Positions 1-12,460 of a stretch of DNA of 41,438 nt are shown here, piece by piece. Each line of letters starts with the position of its first letter. The first letter of the stretch is position 1. Position numbers and translations under genes: made by a program. The notes below the pieces were generated by a model, which searched no databases, was not told where the DNA came from, and worked only from the letters and a program-made list of their open reading frames with translations. The stretch lies in contig JAVECL010000160.1 in NCBI GenBank assembly GCA_051942245.1, positions 1-41,438 on the forward strand, read 5' to 3'. The stretch is from Trypethelium eluteriae. Its lineage: Eukaryota.

Positions 1-868
1 GTAGTCTAAACCTAATTTGGCTAGTATCTCGCTTATTTTCAGCTGCAGGCAAAATATCATACTATGACATTATTCATGACTATTCATGCTATTCCTAGGT
101 ATGATTATGCTATGCTATGCACTTATGCTATTTATCTCTGCAAAGATCGCCACGTCCCGTTTTGTTCATTCCATTCTCATGTTCCCTGCAGAACAATCAG
201 CCCGATTGGACTTTAAGCATCAAAGCAGACAGTCTACGAAAGACGAAATTGGACCATATCGCACCATCTTAATAGAACCATTAAAGAGTGTAGCAAAAAA
301 TCTGGCGGGTTACACTAAGGTTTAGATGACTGCCCCCATCTTGGAAACATTTTAAAGCCATATTAAATCCAGATATGAATATTAAAAGGACCCTTCTTGC
401 ATTCTTCGGGACCCTATGGAAGTCAGAAAACCGGTCATGTCTAACGCGTAGGATCCAGAATATCTCATTTGACTCCTTAGTGAAACTCACAGACCATCAG
501 GAATCACCGCAATCTCGCTCCTGAGCATACAAAACACAGAGATTGTCGGACATAATCCTTGCTCGAGTGTTGCTAATGAAGTGACTTACCTACAGTTCAG
601 AGATGCTCCACCAACTTAGCCATTCTGTACTTCTTCGTCATCACATCTATCGCCTGCGTTGTTATGTAATATCCAAGTGATCACTGTACATCACAGCTCC
701 GTATGGTGACATCGCCTCGAACTTGCTCAGGTGAAGGTTGTGTATTCACTCGCTCCCCGCTCCTATGATCAAAGCTCTTTTGAGCGACGTATTCCCTCAC
801 GCCCAGAAAGAACTTCACCGCTTCTCTACAGGAGAGGGTTAATTTTGTATACAAGTAGCTTCGTTACG

Positions 869-1848
869 ATGGATGTGCGTATCAGAAGCAAACTTGTCTG
901 CAGACTTTTGCTGATTCTGGAAATAGAAGTCACATCAGATAGCCGCCGTCGCCGCGATCATGAAGATCAGAGATACGAGATCTGAACAACTTGAGAATGA
1001 ACAAGGCTTTATTGAACTAAATGCGCGGAATGTAGCCGAAAAGGTCCTCACAGAGATCACCAACCACAGTTCTAGTGCTCAAGCGCCTGAGTAATGTTTC
1101 AATATCCTTTCCAGAAGGGTTCTTGGTTGACCTTGTTTCAAGACTCATTCGAATGGCAAGACTCACAGCCGACAATCAGGAACTATGGAAATCGTACTCA
1201 GAGGAACGTATCTCTGGATTCGCGAGCAAGCTACTATCCGGATTCGACGACTTCGAGGAGAAAATACTGAAGAAGAAATGCACAGCGCACATCATGGCTC
1301 AATCTGGAGAAGAAATGCTCAGCGGCTATCACGCTTTGGCTCAAAGCATGCGTACCTTCGGCATGCTTGAAATCATCGAGGCAGGCTTTGTTCCTGACTG
1401 GAAAAGACTCTTGGCGGTCCGCATGTCAAGTGAGTTTCATAAAGAAGGAGGGGCTGATATCTCAGACTTCCTCTCAGCCGAACAAATGGCGCTACTTGTG
1501 AAGCTTTGGTCTCGGAAATGTGGTGTCAATTGGCACTTAGGTATCTGCGTGAAAAAATCTTGGGACGAACATGACTATGAGTTGCAGCTCTGTCCCCCAG
1601 ATCCGTCAGGCACTATCATATGGATATGCGATAAGCGTGATGATAGGCGTGTTAACAGGAAGCCCCGTCGTCAGGGGGCTCCTATATGGGCGGGCTATAG
1701 GTGTTTTCCGAGAGGAGATGAGTTCATAAAGGCAACCAAGAGGGATTTTGAGCAGTTGGAAGCCGATGAGCTTCTTGGAGCTGGAAAAAGCTCGGGGTAC
1801 CTGATTAACGAAGGGCCCAAGGAAATCGCCGGTGGAGGTGGTAATTAA
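869..1848 (+). CDS. Hypothetical protein, ~291 aa, 3 exons (869-874, 927-1090, 1143-1848); possibly a degenerate OTU/papain-like fold
   Basis: ATG GAT|GTGCGT..CTGAT..TAG and GA|GTAATG..TTGAC..AAG introns join in frame to ORF 1075-1848. No family securely recognised. Confidence 0.6.
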
Positions 1849-1987
1849 ATGGCGCGATTGGAGCGAGAAAGGTAGGATCGGACGAGTCAAACGAAGTATG
1901 TGGAAACGCTGATAAAACTAGAACCGCTTGTAGCTCTTTGGACTTTTTCCAGACGACAGGGAAGACGGAATAATCTGGGATATCTTC

Positions 1988-2007
1988 TTTTTTTTTTTTT
2001 TTTTTTT
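1988..2007. repeat. Poly-T tract (20 nt)
   Basis: Run of T read directly from the sequence. Confidence 0.9.
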
Positions 2008-3151
2008 CTCCCTGAAGTATCCATACAATTATGAAACGAGTATCTTTGACGAAGATTGGTGATTGGATTATGTACGTGAAAATGGAATAGTGTGGATATC
2101 CTGATGTCATTGAGGCAATGTGAAGCAGTACTAAAAGGTGCAACCCTGGAGAAGTCCTACAACCATTGGTCAAAACTCATATTTCTCGTCCAATGACGTC
2201 CGGGACGATCATGGAGGCTTTGGACTCCCTCACAATCTAGAGAATCGCACCGCTGGTCAGGTCTCTACTGCACTTGCCAACACTCAAATTCATTTTGACT
2301 TCCGCAAACACCTGTTTCATTCTCAAGCGTTCTGGCTCCTCCCGTCCTCCGGTCGCCTTGTATAGGTACTTTAGCCGACCCGATAGCCTGCGGATCTACT
2401 TATATGGACCGCTGATCGTCCTTAGATCATCCGTTCCTGATAGATCCTACTGCGGGCCAGTGTTCTAGACTTGCTACGGCGACACACGATTCCGGACACT
2501 CTGCCCGTATCCGTGGGAGGGTGCGTCGAGTAGCCCACGAGCTTCACGGCTGCCTGGGCGGTAGCGTATCTTCCTACGCTCGGAAGGTATGTGCAGTTCT
2601 CGTTGGTCTCGTGCCTCGATGGACAAGTTGGGCAAGTTGGGCAAGATCTCGATAAAGGTACGGTACTTTCCTCCCATCTTGATTCCCCTGCAGATATGAG
2701 CAAGGGCAAGGGGGTCGAACCCGCTTTATGTGAGCCAAACTCCGATCGCCAGTGCTACCACTCAATTCATCCAGTCTGTCATGATTTACATTGCAGACAA
2801 GGGCTGCTTGGCGAAAAGTTCCCTTTTCCCCGCTAGTCTCATTCTACTCCGCGCCCAAGTAGCAGGGACCCAGTTCAACCTCTCACCCTTTGACCTCTTG
2901 CCTACAAATCGCTCGAGTCCCACTGTGTCCCTGCCGTTCTTGTCCCAACTCTACGGCGACCCATAACTTCCACGTCCCCATGATCATGAGATTGTTGCTT
3001 CGCCAAAACATGAGCAGAACTCGTCGTCCACCAACGCACTCAGTGCTCCTTTCGGAGCCTGTCTGAAAAGGGAAATCATTCTCCAACATTATCGAATATA
3101 CCAGATTATCTCAACAATATCCCCCTAAATCCGGAGCGCGCGGGGACAATC

Positions 3152-4096
3152 ATGGATGCCGCCAATACTCCTACCCACGAGCAAGAAGGTGCTCCAGCTC
3201 CAACTCCACCTCCACGTCCCAATCCTTCCACTGACCCGGGCGTGATTCCTAAGATTGTCCCAGTGGCTGGGAAGTCACTCCCAACACCGCCTGCAGACGT
3301 CGAGAAGGGGGACATCATGTCGATGGAACCGGAAAGTGCTTTGAAGCTGCTGTGTGACGCGGTGGATGCACTAGCCAAAGCCACCGGTGACGTTCCACCT
3401 ACACCCCCAGTGTCTCGACCTGTCACCCCAAAACAATCCATATCTGCAGCTAAGGAAAATGCCTCGCCTCGGACAAGTCGTCCGGGAACGCCCTCAGCAG
3501 TACCAGCAGCAGATATTTCCTCACCCGCATTCAAGAAGATTCCAATTGGTAGCCCCGAAGCTCACCCTCACGAACCTGCTGCTCCGCCTCTTGAGACCCT
3601 AGACCCTAGCACCAATGCTCGACGAAGTCCAACGCAATATGAGGCGATTGCCCGTAAATTCTTTTCCAAGAAACCACCGCCGATTTCGCTTGAAGCGTAT
3701 CTTGAACGCTTGCATCGATACTGTCCAATGAGTACTGCTGTATACTTGGCCGGAGGGGCATATATCCATTCGATATGCGTAGAAGAAAGGAGCGTGCCGA
3801 TTACTGCACGGACTGCTCATCGACTCGTCCTTGCTAGCTTGCGGGTTGCGATGAAGACATTGGAAGATTTAAGATATCCACAACAGCGCTTTGCGGGAGT
3901 CGGTGGAGTGAGCGAAAGAGAGTTGATGTTCTTGGAGGTCAGCCTGTGTTACATGATTGACTTTGAGCTGTTCATGAATGTGGAGCGGTTGAGGGCAAAG
4001 ATGCTTGCTCTGCAGCAAGCAGGATACCAGGCAGAGCGGGTGAAGAGCAAATTACCCGAGGATATGACGTTTAAACTTCCTTTGCGAAAAAAGTAG
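3152..4096 (+). CDS. Pho80/Pcl-family cyclin (Pcl6/7-like), 314 aa, single coding exon
   Basis: Cyclin box: FFSKKPPPISLEAYLERLHRYCP...HRLVLASLRVAMKTLED...FAGVGGVSERELMFLE. Pro-rich N-terminus. Confidence 0.92.
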   Translation: MDAANTPTHEQEGAPAPTPPPRPNPSTDPGVIPKIVPVAGKSLPTPPADVEKGDIMSMEPESALKLLCDAVDALAKATGDVPPTPPVSRPVTPKQSISAAKENASPRTSRPGTPSAVPAADISSPAFKKIPIGSPEAHPHEPAAPPLETLDPSTNARRSPTQYEAIARKFFSKKPPPISLEAYLERLHRYCPMSTAVYLAGGAYIHSICVEERSVPITARTAHRLVLASLRVAMKTLEDLRYPQQRFAGVGGVSERELMFLEVSLCYMIDFELFMNVERLRAKMLALQQAGYQAERVKSKLPEDMTFKLPLRKK

Positions 4097-4585
4097 ATGA
4101 GGTAGAAAGCGGGCAGCCTGAGGGGGCATGTTGCATGTACAGTATTGAATGTGGCGTCCGGGCCAGTCCATGTTCTTTTCGGTCTCGGACTTGATAGTCT
4201 TGTCAAGGCTTCATTCGGCAGTAAATGACAAACAGCGTCGTTTTTCTTGATATTGTTACGTGTTGGTAGCAAGATCGCAATGAATTGAATCGGCGAGTCG
4301 GAGATATCGCCGTATCAGTGCAGGTGGGAATAGAATAGAAGGACCCTGAACAACACGTGATTCTGTCTAATGAATATCCAGTTAGCGCATCCCGCCGATG
4401 ATGGCTGGCGTAGATTCCTCCTGCGCAAGCTTTCGTCTAGATAATCTTGAGAAACGCTTTCACTACCATTCGCCTCCCCCGCCTCTCCTTCTTTGCCTTG
4501 CGGAGTTCCAGTCGATCAATTCTCGCTCTTTCAAAAGCTTTGAGTCACATTTCCACTTGTTGTTACACCCTCGACAAGCGGCAAC

Positions 4586-5593
4586 ATGCAGGTCCGGCTG
4601 CTCTCCTTAATCTCCTCCCTTGCTCCTCTCGCACTCGCCGATATCAAGTTCACAAGCCCTGCCTCCGGTGGATCGGTGCCTGCCGGAGTATTGAACATAC
4701 AATGGGAGGATTCGGGCTCAGGGACACCGTTGTCATCGCTCGTCAACTATCAACTATTCCTAATGGCAGGAGGAAATGACGCCTCCACCGCTGTCAGTCG
4801 CCAATCCGGCCATCATAGATCGTGAAAAAGGGAATGTTGACTTGATTATCTCGCCACAGATACCTATCGTCAATCCTACCACGCCCAGCACGTTTCAAGG
4901 AGGGAGCGCCGCCGCCTTACAAGTTCCTGCATCCGCTGGCGCATCCACCCCTGCGAATGCGTAGTGAGTTTTGCTCTTCTGACTTTGGCCTATATAGTCT
5001 ACCTATAGAGAGGCCCGACTCCATGGACGTGTGTCAGGGGCTAACCTCTCATTCTCAATCAGCTACATCAAAATCGTCGCCGCCGCCTCCCAAGGCGGCC
5101 AAATCATCAACTACTCCGATCGCTTCACCATCACCGGCATGACAGGCTCCTTCCCACCCGCCATCGCAAGTGCTATCCCCGGCGGTACCGCAGGCCCACA
5201 GAACGAGGACCAAGTCTCTAATGGGGCGACCCCGGCCGTCGGTGGCGCCGATGCTGGCAAAGGCACGCTCTACATGGACCAGACGGGACTGACCAAGTAC
5301 GCGCCCATGGTCGGACTTCCGCCGACAAAGATTAGTGCTCCTAAAGTCCCTACGCCGCAAAATCCGACGAGCGCCTTCACGATTGTGAAGACTCCACTAC
5401 CGATCGCGACGAGTCCGGCCACAACTGTTACCGCGAGTAATACTTTTAGCGTCAGCAGTATGGAGAACCCGGTAAGTACCTCTCGAAAGGCTGATGATGA
5501 GTTTGGCGATTGCTCATACGTTTCACTCAGGCTTCCCCTGCGCCAATGCCAGCAGATGATATGGCGAAGTTCTTAAATAGATGGAAGGATTGA
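4586..5593 (+). CDS. KRE9: Kre9/Knh1-like secreted beta-1,6-glucan synthesis protein, ~260 aa; exons 4586-4792, 4860-4963, 5063-5471, 5531-5593
   Basis: Signal peptide, then DIKFTSP, INYSDRFTITGMTGSF and QTGLTKYAPM. Spliced C-terminus reads DDMAKFLNRWKD*. Three canonical introns keep the frame. Confidence 0.9.
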
Positions 5594-6067
5594 GGAGGAG
5601 CTTGCTTCCTGTGTTTGTGGAGTTTTTGGGAGCAGCAGGTCTAAAGGCATAAAGAATGGAATGGGACAAGTCATATCGTATATCACATGTAAATACTTTG
5701 CATCTCACATATTGGCATTTATTGGAGCTTGGGGGCAGTCCGTTAGTTGTCACCAAATGTTCGAAAACGCTCGGATAGGAATGAAGAGAATAATATTTAG
5801 TACAACCCTTCCTCAATAATCGTAGTTGTTCGACTGACCGTCTTGGAAATTTTGGGAACGGGCAACGTGCAAGAAATGAATTCCTCCACCCCTCCTCCGT
5901 CAACAGCCGCCTGAAACCGAGCAAAGCAACCTCAGCCATTGACATAGGCTCAGCAGGGAATCGACAGAGTGATGTCTGCCTTCGCACTCCTGTATCATCG
6001 AGTGCGATAAGTTCACGATCAACAAGGCAGCCTTGCTCAAGAAGTCAAGAAGTTTTACGATTCCAAA

Positions 6068-7777
6068 ATGGATGCCCCGCCAAAGAAAGATCCAATCCTC
6101 AACGGAAAATACCCGGCCAAGCAGCATGCTCATCGAGTCGTAGAATGGATTGTTGCCAATGGGGGCGAGAAGAAAGGTGTTATATACCTTGAGGGTCAAA
6201 AGACTATGATGATCGAGGTAATTAAATTTCGAGTCTCTTAAGTGCGTGTAAATTCCAGGCTGAGAAAAGTCCAGGACAAAGACCAAGCACAGCAGTTTCA
6301 GTCAGTGCCTTCAATCTTTGGTATTGCTAATGGCGAATCTTCTCACTCTCGTCTCCTTTGAATCCACGATTCTACAAAACCTAGATCTGTTGCTGTGTTT
6401 TATTTTTTCTCTTCGTCAGGAAATCTCTAGTCCTACTGAATACTTCTCTCAATTACTTGGAACCAATTTCCAGCGTTCTAGTCTATCAAAGGTCTTTCAT
6501 GATCTCTAGCTAAGGCTTATCTCCTGCAGTCAACGTCGTTACTTCTACTACCTCACCGGCTGCCCCATTCCAGAAAGCTACTTCACCTACGACATCGAAG
6601 CCGACAAATCTACTCTGTACATTCCACCTGTTGACCCTGACGAAGTAATCTGGTCTGGCCTACCTGTAACCGTCGAAGAGGCTGCTAAATTGTAAACTCG
6701 GCTACACCTCTACAATCCACGTCATCCCTGCTAAGTCCCCTCAGATACGACGTCGACGAGGTCCTCGAAAACACCTCGATCAAATCCCACATCTCCTCCT
6801 TGTCAACCCTCGTCTACACCATGGAAGCCCGCATCTCGCCCGACCTCCACCTCACCTCGCCCGACTTCCACCTCCTCCGCCACGCCATCGACCACTGCCG
6901 CGTGCGCAAAGACGCCTACGAAATCGCGCTAATCCGGCACGCCAACGCCGTCTCGTCGCGCGCCCACGAAGCCGTCCTGCGCGCCGCGCGCCACGCGCCG
7001 AACGAGCAGAACCTGTACGGGCTGTTCCTGCAGAAGTGCATCGCGCAGGGCTGCCACGACCAGGCGTACCATTCCATCGTCGCCGCCGGCCACAACTGCG
7101 CGACCCTGCACTACATCTACAATGACCGGGCGCTGGAGTCGAAGCTGAACTTGCTGATTGATGCGGGGGCTGAGTATCAGTGCTATGCGGCTGATGTGAC
7201 GCGCACGTTTCCGATCAGTGGCAGGTTTACGAGGGAGAGTCGAGAGGTGTATGGGTTGGTGTTGGAGATGCAGCGGGTGACGATGGGGATGTGTCGGTCG
7301 GGGTTGAGGTGGGAGGAGGCGCATGAGAGGGCGCATGAGATTGCGATTGACGGGTTACTGGGGTTGGGGATTTTGAAGGGGGGGAAGAAGGAGATTTGGG
7401 TGAAGAGGATTAGTACGGCGTTTTTCCCACATGGTTTGGGACATTATTTGGGGATGGATACGCATGATGTTGGAGGGAATGCGAATTATGCGGATGAGGA
7501 TCCGATGTTCAGGTACCTCAGGATTAGAGGGGAGGTGCCGGAGGGTGCGGTGGTGACGGTGGAGCCAGGTATATATTTTTGTCGGTTTATTATTGAGCCA
7601 TTCTTGAAGGACGAGAAGACGAAAGGGTTTATTGATGAGGCCGTTTTAGAAAAGTATTGGGACGTTGGGGGGGTGAGGATTGAGGATGATGTGCTGATTA
7701 AGAAGGACGGTTTTGAGAATTTGACGGACGTGGGAAGAAGCATAAAAGAGGTGGAAGGTCTGATGGCAGAAGGATGA
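6068..7777 (+). CDS. pepP: Xaa-Pro aminopeptidase/prolidase (M24B), ~456 aa; exons 6068-6217, 6275-6300, 6530-6691, 6745-7777
   Basis: N-terminal [19 protein letters not shown] and [11 protein letters not shown]. Catalytic motifs [50 protein letters not shown]. Confidence 0.95.
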
Positions 7778-7872
7778 TTTGCTGGTGATGGAAAGTCCTA
7801 TCAAAGCATGAGTCTTGCCGTCTCTCCGGCTCGTGAGGCAATGTTCAATTTTCACACCTTCGCCAGCCATCC
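7757..7872 (+). repeat. Direct repeat R1 copy a (last 7 codons of pepP plus 3' flank)
   Basis: Manual alignment: 7757-7790 matches 15726-15759 at 26/34; 7816-7872 matches 15799-15855 at 46/57 without gaps. Confidence 0.85.
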
Positions 7873-8497
7873 ATAACCAACTCTTTCTAGCTAGTACGGA
7901 GTATGCCCATACAGGGCAGACGTTTTTACAAGATGATAGCTCTAACGTCAGGCAGATTGTGTTAATTATGCAACTCTTTAAGCCTCAACATCGCCTGTTG
8001 TATAGGCAACAGCTTTCAAGATGACAACTTGACTACGAATCCTCAGATCATATATCATTTAAAGAAGTAAAATGATAAGAATAACCAAATAGAAATCCTC
8101 CGAAGGGCACTCTATCCGGGCCAAATTTGGTCTGAAACCCTAATGGGACTAGTGGAGTGGTGTTACCAGCCACAGCGTGTGCTCGAACCCTGTTCAACAA
8201 TCTCGTACTTCGTGCACCCGAGTCAATCAGCATCGCCACCTGCAAAATATCTTGAGCTATTACTTGGTGACGGCAGTCGGTGAGGTGATACACTGAACTC
8301 TCTCGTATGATTAGCCGGAAGGAACCCTACTAATAGATCGGAAGGAAGAGAATTTGGATATTGATTGACTTGAGTTCACGCGGCTATTTAATTCTCACAT
8401 CACCGCACGATGCAGCTTTGAGATGTAACACTCCGCGCAAGAGATGGCGTCGTCTACATAAGCCAGATCAGGTAGAATACGATGACATGGCCTCTAC

Positions 8498-9532
8498 TTA
8501 CCGGCATAAAGGTAGGGTATATAATGTCAGTATTCACACATTCCACAACAAAAAGGTCCGCCGATCATCTGAAACCGTCCTCATCATTAGGAGCCTCACC
8601 ACAACCCAAGAACCAAGACCAAGAAACCAGAAGGCCGAGCTTGGAGATAGACCCCAATACTTAGGACAAGCGAAAGACCGGATCATTATTGGAATCGCTG
8701 TTATCCATCTACTCTTCCAATCACCCACAACCAGCGGCAAAGTCCTCCTTCCCATGGCTGAATCGCCAATTTGGTCCGGAATGTCCTGAGTCTGAACGGT
8801 CGTAAACACGACTGCGCCAATAATCGACAGCCACGAGCATGTTGAAAGGCTCGCTGGCAGCGGCATGCCTAGAGCCACTTCCCATGCTCCAGAAGCGAAG
8901 GACAAGAAGCCGCAAGCATTGATCGCATTTCGACTGGTGAGGTTGGCCGCTCCGCCCATGTGATTATACCATCTCCCAAGTCCCAGTAGCGCCACAGATT
9001 GCTTCCAGCCTCCGATGACAAAGGATGCTGTTACCGCTACAACATATAGTAGAGCCATTATCTTTCTGGCTGTATCTGGAGATACCCGCCCGGAGGGTAA
9101 TGGCCGCCAGGGTTTATTGAGTTTCTCCCCGAGAATCGCACTCGATTGTCGCTGGTTGTCAATGACGAATGGGAGAAGATTGATCCAGACCCAGAAAAGA
9201 ACGCGTGGGGTCCTGAGCAGTATCTCCGAAACATTTTTGGTGCCTAAATCGAACCCAAATCTTGATGCGGATAGCGTGTGGATAAGCGCGTAAGCCAGTG
9301 ATGGTAGCACGATTGTTTTGAGATCACTCAAGGTGAAGAGCCAGATGGTGGAAACATGGTATGACAACTCCGTGAAATTGCTGAGATGTGTGCTAAGGAT
9401 CATCTTTCTAGGACCTTTCTGAGTTTGCGAAGGCTTTAGCTCGTTGGTGGGTCGAGTTCCTGTCTGCATGAAGCTAAAATCTATTCGTGCTTGTTGCATA
9501 CTCATGTACGCAGGTTTTAGCTCCTCTAGCAA
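8498..9532 (-). pseudogene. UbiA-family prenyltransferase / membrane terpene cyclase (Fma-TC-like), probably decaying; premature TGA at 8536-8534; start codon uncertain
   Basis: Motifs TIWLFTLSDLKT, DNQR..NKPWRPLPSGR and QDIPDQIGD..GRRTLPL. The frame continues past the stop as WNV*ILTLYTLPLCR*. The acidic motif reads GE where the family has ED. Confidence 0.7.
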
Positions 9533-10301
9533 AGCAGATTATGGCCTGGCTGAAGGATCTGAGAAATACACAAGGCTTGGGGGATCTGTTACTCCAGTAG
9601 AGACCGGAGTTTTAGCAAATCCCGGCTGATACAAGTGCCCTCAGAGCAGCTTCCTCGTGATCAACATTCGACATAAGGTTCGATTACCTGTAATTGGGTC
9701 ATCTCCGATTCCAAGCGTCTTACGTTATCGTTGAGCCGAGAACGAACATTTTGAAAATCGCCCTCCCGAGCGGAACACTGCTAGCATAGGCGCTGGATAC
9801 TCTAGGTGGCTTTCCGTGCCTGATGTCTTTCTGGTCGGCTTGATGAAGCTGAGACCTCATCTGGTTCAAGCCGATATGCTGCTGCAGCGCCCCGACGTGA
9901 GAGGTGCACCTACAGGTAGAGCGACTCCTGGATACAACTAAGGCGGCACATTAGGCTGCTGACCATGAATGTCCGCACCGTCACTTCCATGGGCGCCCTC
10001 AGGCACATCGGAGGCGAGAAAGGGATCGACATAGCAGCAGCAAAAGCTTGGACAGGAGACTACGCGCCAACTCTTGTGGCAATGCCAAGTTCGCGGAGCC
10101 CCAGCTGAGACTGTGCCTCATGACAAGCGATATGGTGATTCAAAGCCGGGCCGAAGCGATTCTAGGTCTGGCTGATGCCGATTCAATGCAGATGTAACAT
10201 TACGAATTTCAATACAGATAAGGTGAAGTAATATTTGTCTTGGATGCTGCACAGTTAAGCTATGGATCGATACCCTTAAGCAGATGGCTATCGAGACTTT
10301 C

Positions 10302-11427
10302 TTAATGGCCATCCGACCATGCTTTTCTGCCAATCGTGATGACACGGTCAAGATTGAATGAAGTATTTCGCCGATTCTGACCTACCTCTTCGATGAAACC
10401 ACGCATCACGTCCCCTTTCTCTCCGCCCAATTGATCCAAGACGTTCATACTGATCTCTTGGCTCGCCATCATCCACGTGTCCAGAAGCAAGGTCACAATA
10501 TCCTTGGAAAATTTGTGACGATCAACAACCACACTGCCCAGGCCCTGCTGTTTGAAGGTCTCATGTAGACGGGCTATCCAGCTAAACAATTTGTGGTCAG
10601 CATCCCATCTGTGGGTAGTCTCCACTCCTCTTTCGATTCAGAGCATCTCCGTAGCTTACCTGATGCTAATGAATCCAGGGCCGGATTTCGTACCACCAAG
10701 CGTAGATGTAAACTCGCGGATGCGCTCAAGCTCATCGTTTTCCTTCGGAGCCGATGGGGTGCGAATTATCTCCCAAGTCGTGAAATCCCACTCGCCCCAT
10801 GAAAGCCAACCGCCGGGTTCTATTCATCAACTAAGCATAAGATAGGGTCGGAGAACCACCTTGCATACTCAACATTTTCATTAAGTTACGGAGCATTGGG
10901 ACAGGATCGCCATCCCTTAAGATGGTGATAAATAGCTGTACGTGAATAACATCGTACTTCTCCATGAGCTCTGACGGAGGTTCAGAGAATATGTCGTGTT
11001 TAACAAGTGACACGTTCTGTGGAAGCCATTCATGAGGTGGGCATTGATCGAAGCTGATGTCCAAGCCGTCGAGCCGAGCATTAGGAAGCATCCGAGCAAG
11101 CTCGATCAACCAGAGGCTGCATTCACTTAGCATGTAATCGAAGCTGATGGGCGCAGTGATGTGCGGATGTGCGCTACTTCGTGGAACACTTTACCACGTC
11201 CCTACACCAACCTCTGCGACTGTGAGATCTCTAGATTTGGTAGGGATGTTGGGGTGTAGAAGATAATTCAATCCATCCTTGTATAGATAGTGCTGCAATG
11301 TTGTCCTTTGTGTGACAAGTCAGCGTCCATACCAATACTGGGACAGACTTTAGCCAGAAGGCTAGACTCACCGAGCATTGGCGGCGAAGCCACGCGACAG
11401 GATATAGGAATTCTGAGAATTTTCCAT
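10302..11427 (-). CDS. Class I SAM-dependent methyltransferase (LaeA/SirN/GliN-like family), ~284 aa; exons 11427-11372, 11305-11195, 11116-10869, 10819-10660, 10581-10302
   Basis: YILSR..LQHYLY..LLHPNIP, motif I VAEVGVGTCLW, LDGLDIS, KYDVIHV and MLKPGGWLSWGE. Four canonical introns, all in phase. Confidence 0.88.
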
Positions 11428-12460
11428 GGTCTCCTTCGAGCCCTCCTTGTGGAGGGCATTTTCGAGCGCTGACATGATTGAAGTTCTGCGAGCTTTCGAA
11501 TCCGATAGCCAACGATATCAGGGAACAAAACTGTCGCTGGGCTTTGTCTTAAATTGGAGTTCATCTTGCACTAAGCTTGGGATCTACAGCAGGGTGTATT
11601 GAAAATTTCCAGTAACATATTTCGAATCAGTATAGCGTTGGAAAATGCACTCACAAGGGCCATTCTGTCATATAATGGCACAGCAATGAAAGGCGGAGAC
11701 CATTGCAGCAGACGAGGTGAGTGTGAGGCACAGCAGCGGTGGACATGTAGCAGCAAGGAATCTCAGCCGTGTCGATTTTTACGAGACGCTGCCTGTGCCG
11801 TTGCAAGCAGAATTCCTATTCCGGCAAATGTAGCAAAGTGGTGTTGCAATCAGGGCCTTGTTCCCTGTACATTAAAGTGACAGCTAGAACGGACGAATAG
11901 GCTCAGACCTACTGCCAGCTCGCTGTCAGGTTGCTTGCACTATGATATGTGTCGAAGAGGCGTAGGCTCCTTCTCGATGCAGTCGCGATCCAGGCTGCAG
12001 TAGAGTAGGCATCGTACGATACAACGCAAGAGCCGGGCGCTTTAGAGGTAGATGGGCTTGCTCGGAGCGCATCCTTCCGCAGCCGCGCCACTTGCGCCCT
12101 GAGGCCGCGTTTGATCGACATTAGATGTACCGACATCGTCATCTTTGTCGACTTATGACGATGCCTGGCTACCTTCTGCAATTCCAAGGTCTCCTCCCGA
12201 TCATTGCCCCCTCTAGACTCTTAACCGCGTGCGCATCTCGTCCCCTTCTCGGGCAACGCGTTGACACTGCGGCTCAGCAACACCAAACCCCACCAATCAT
12301 ACTCTATGGCCTATCGAGCAAGCCCATACAGCGGGATGGGCATGATATACTCGAGGTGAAGCTTCGAAGGCAGCCGTATGGCGATTGCACCTCTGTTGCA
12401 CCGATTGAAGTTTAGCTATGACGACGGTACAGACAAGACATTTCGAAAAGAGCTTCTCGA

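Noticed and set aside
1..490. AT/TpA-rich start with TATGC/TATTCATG micro-repeats, possibly a RIP-degraded transposon
   Set aside because: No transposon protein motif or terminal repeat could be read, and the window edge removes context.
2621..2645. GGCAAGTTG-like 9-mer repeated about 3 times
   Set aside because: Too short and imperfect to interpret.
2980..3066. Possible C/D snoRNA (ATGATCA ... CTGA)
   Set aside because: Box C is mismatched, the terminal stem is weak and no rRNA-complementary guide was recognised.
6301..6529. Long (229 nt) pepP intron as snoRNA host or nested intron
   Set aside because: No C/D or H/ACA boxes and no consistent internal donor/acceptor pair found.
9700..10130. 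Possible ankyrin-like gene remnant in the island spacer
   Set aside because: Only vague fragments with many stops; not supportable by eye.
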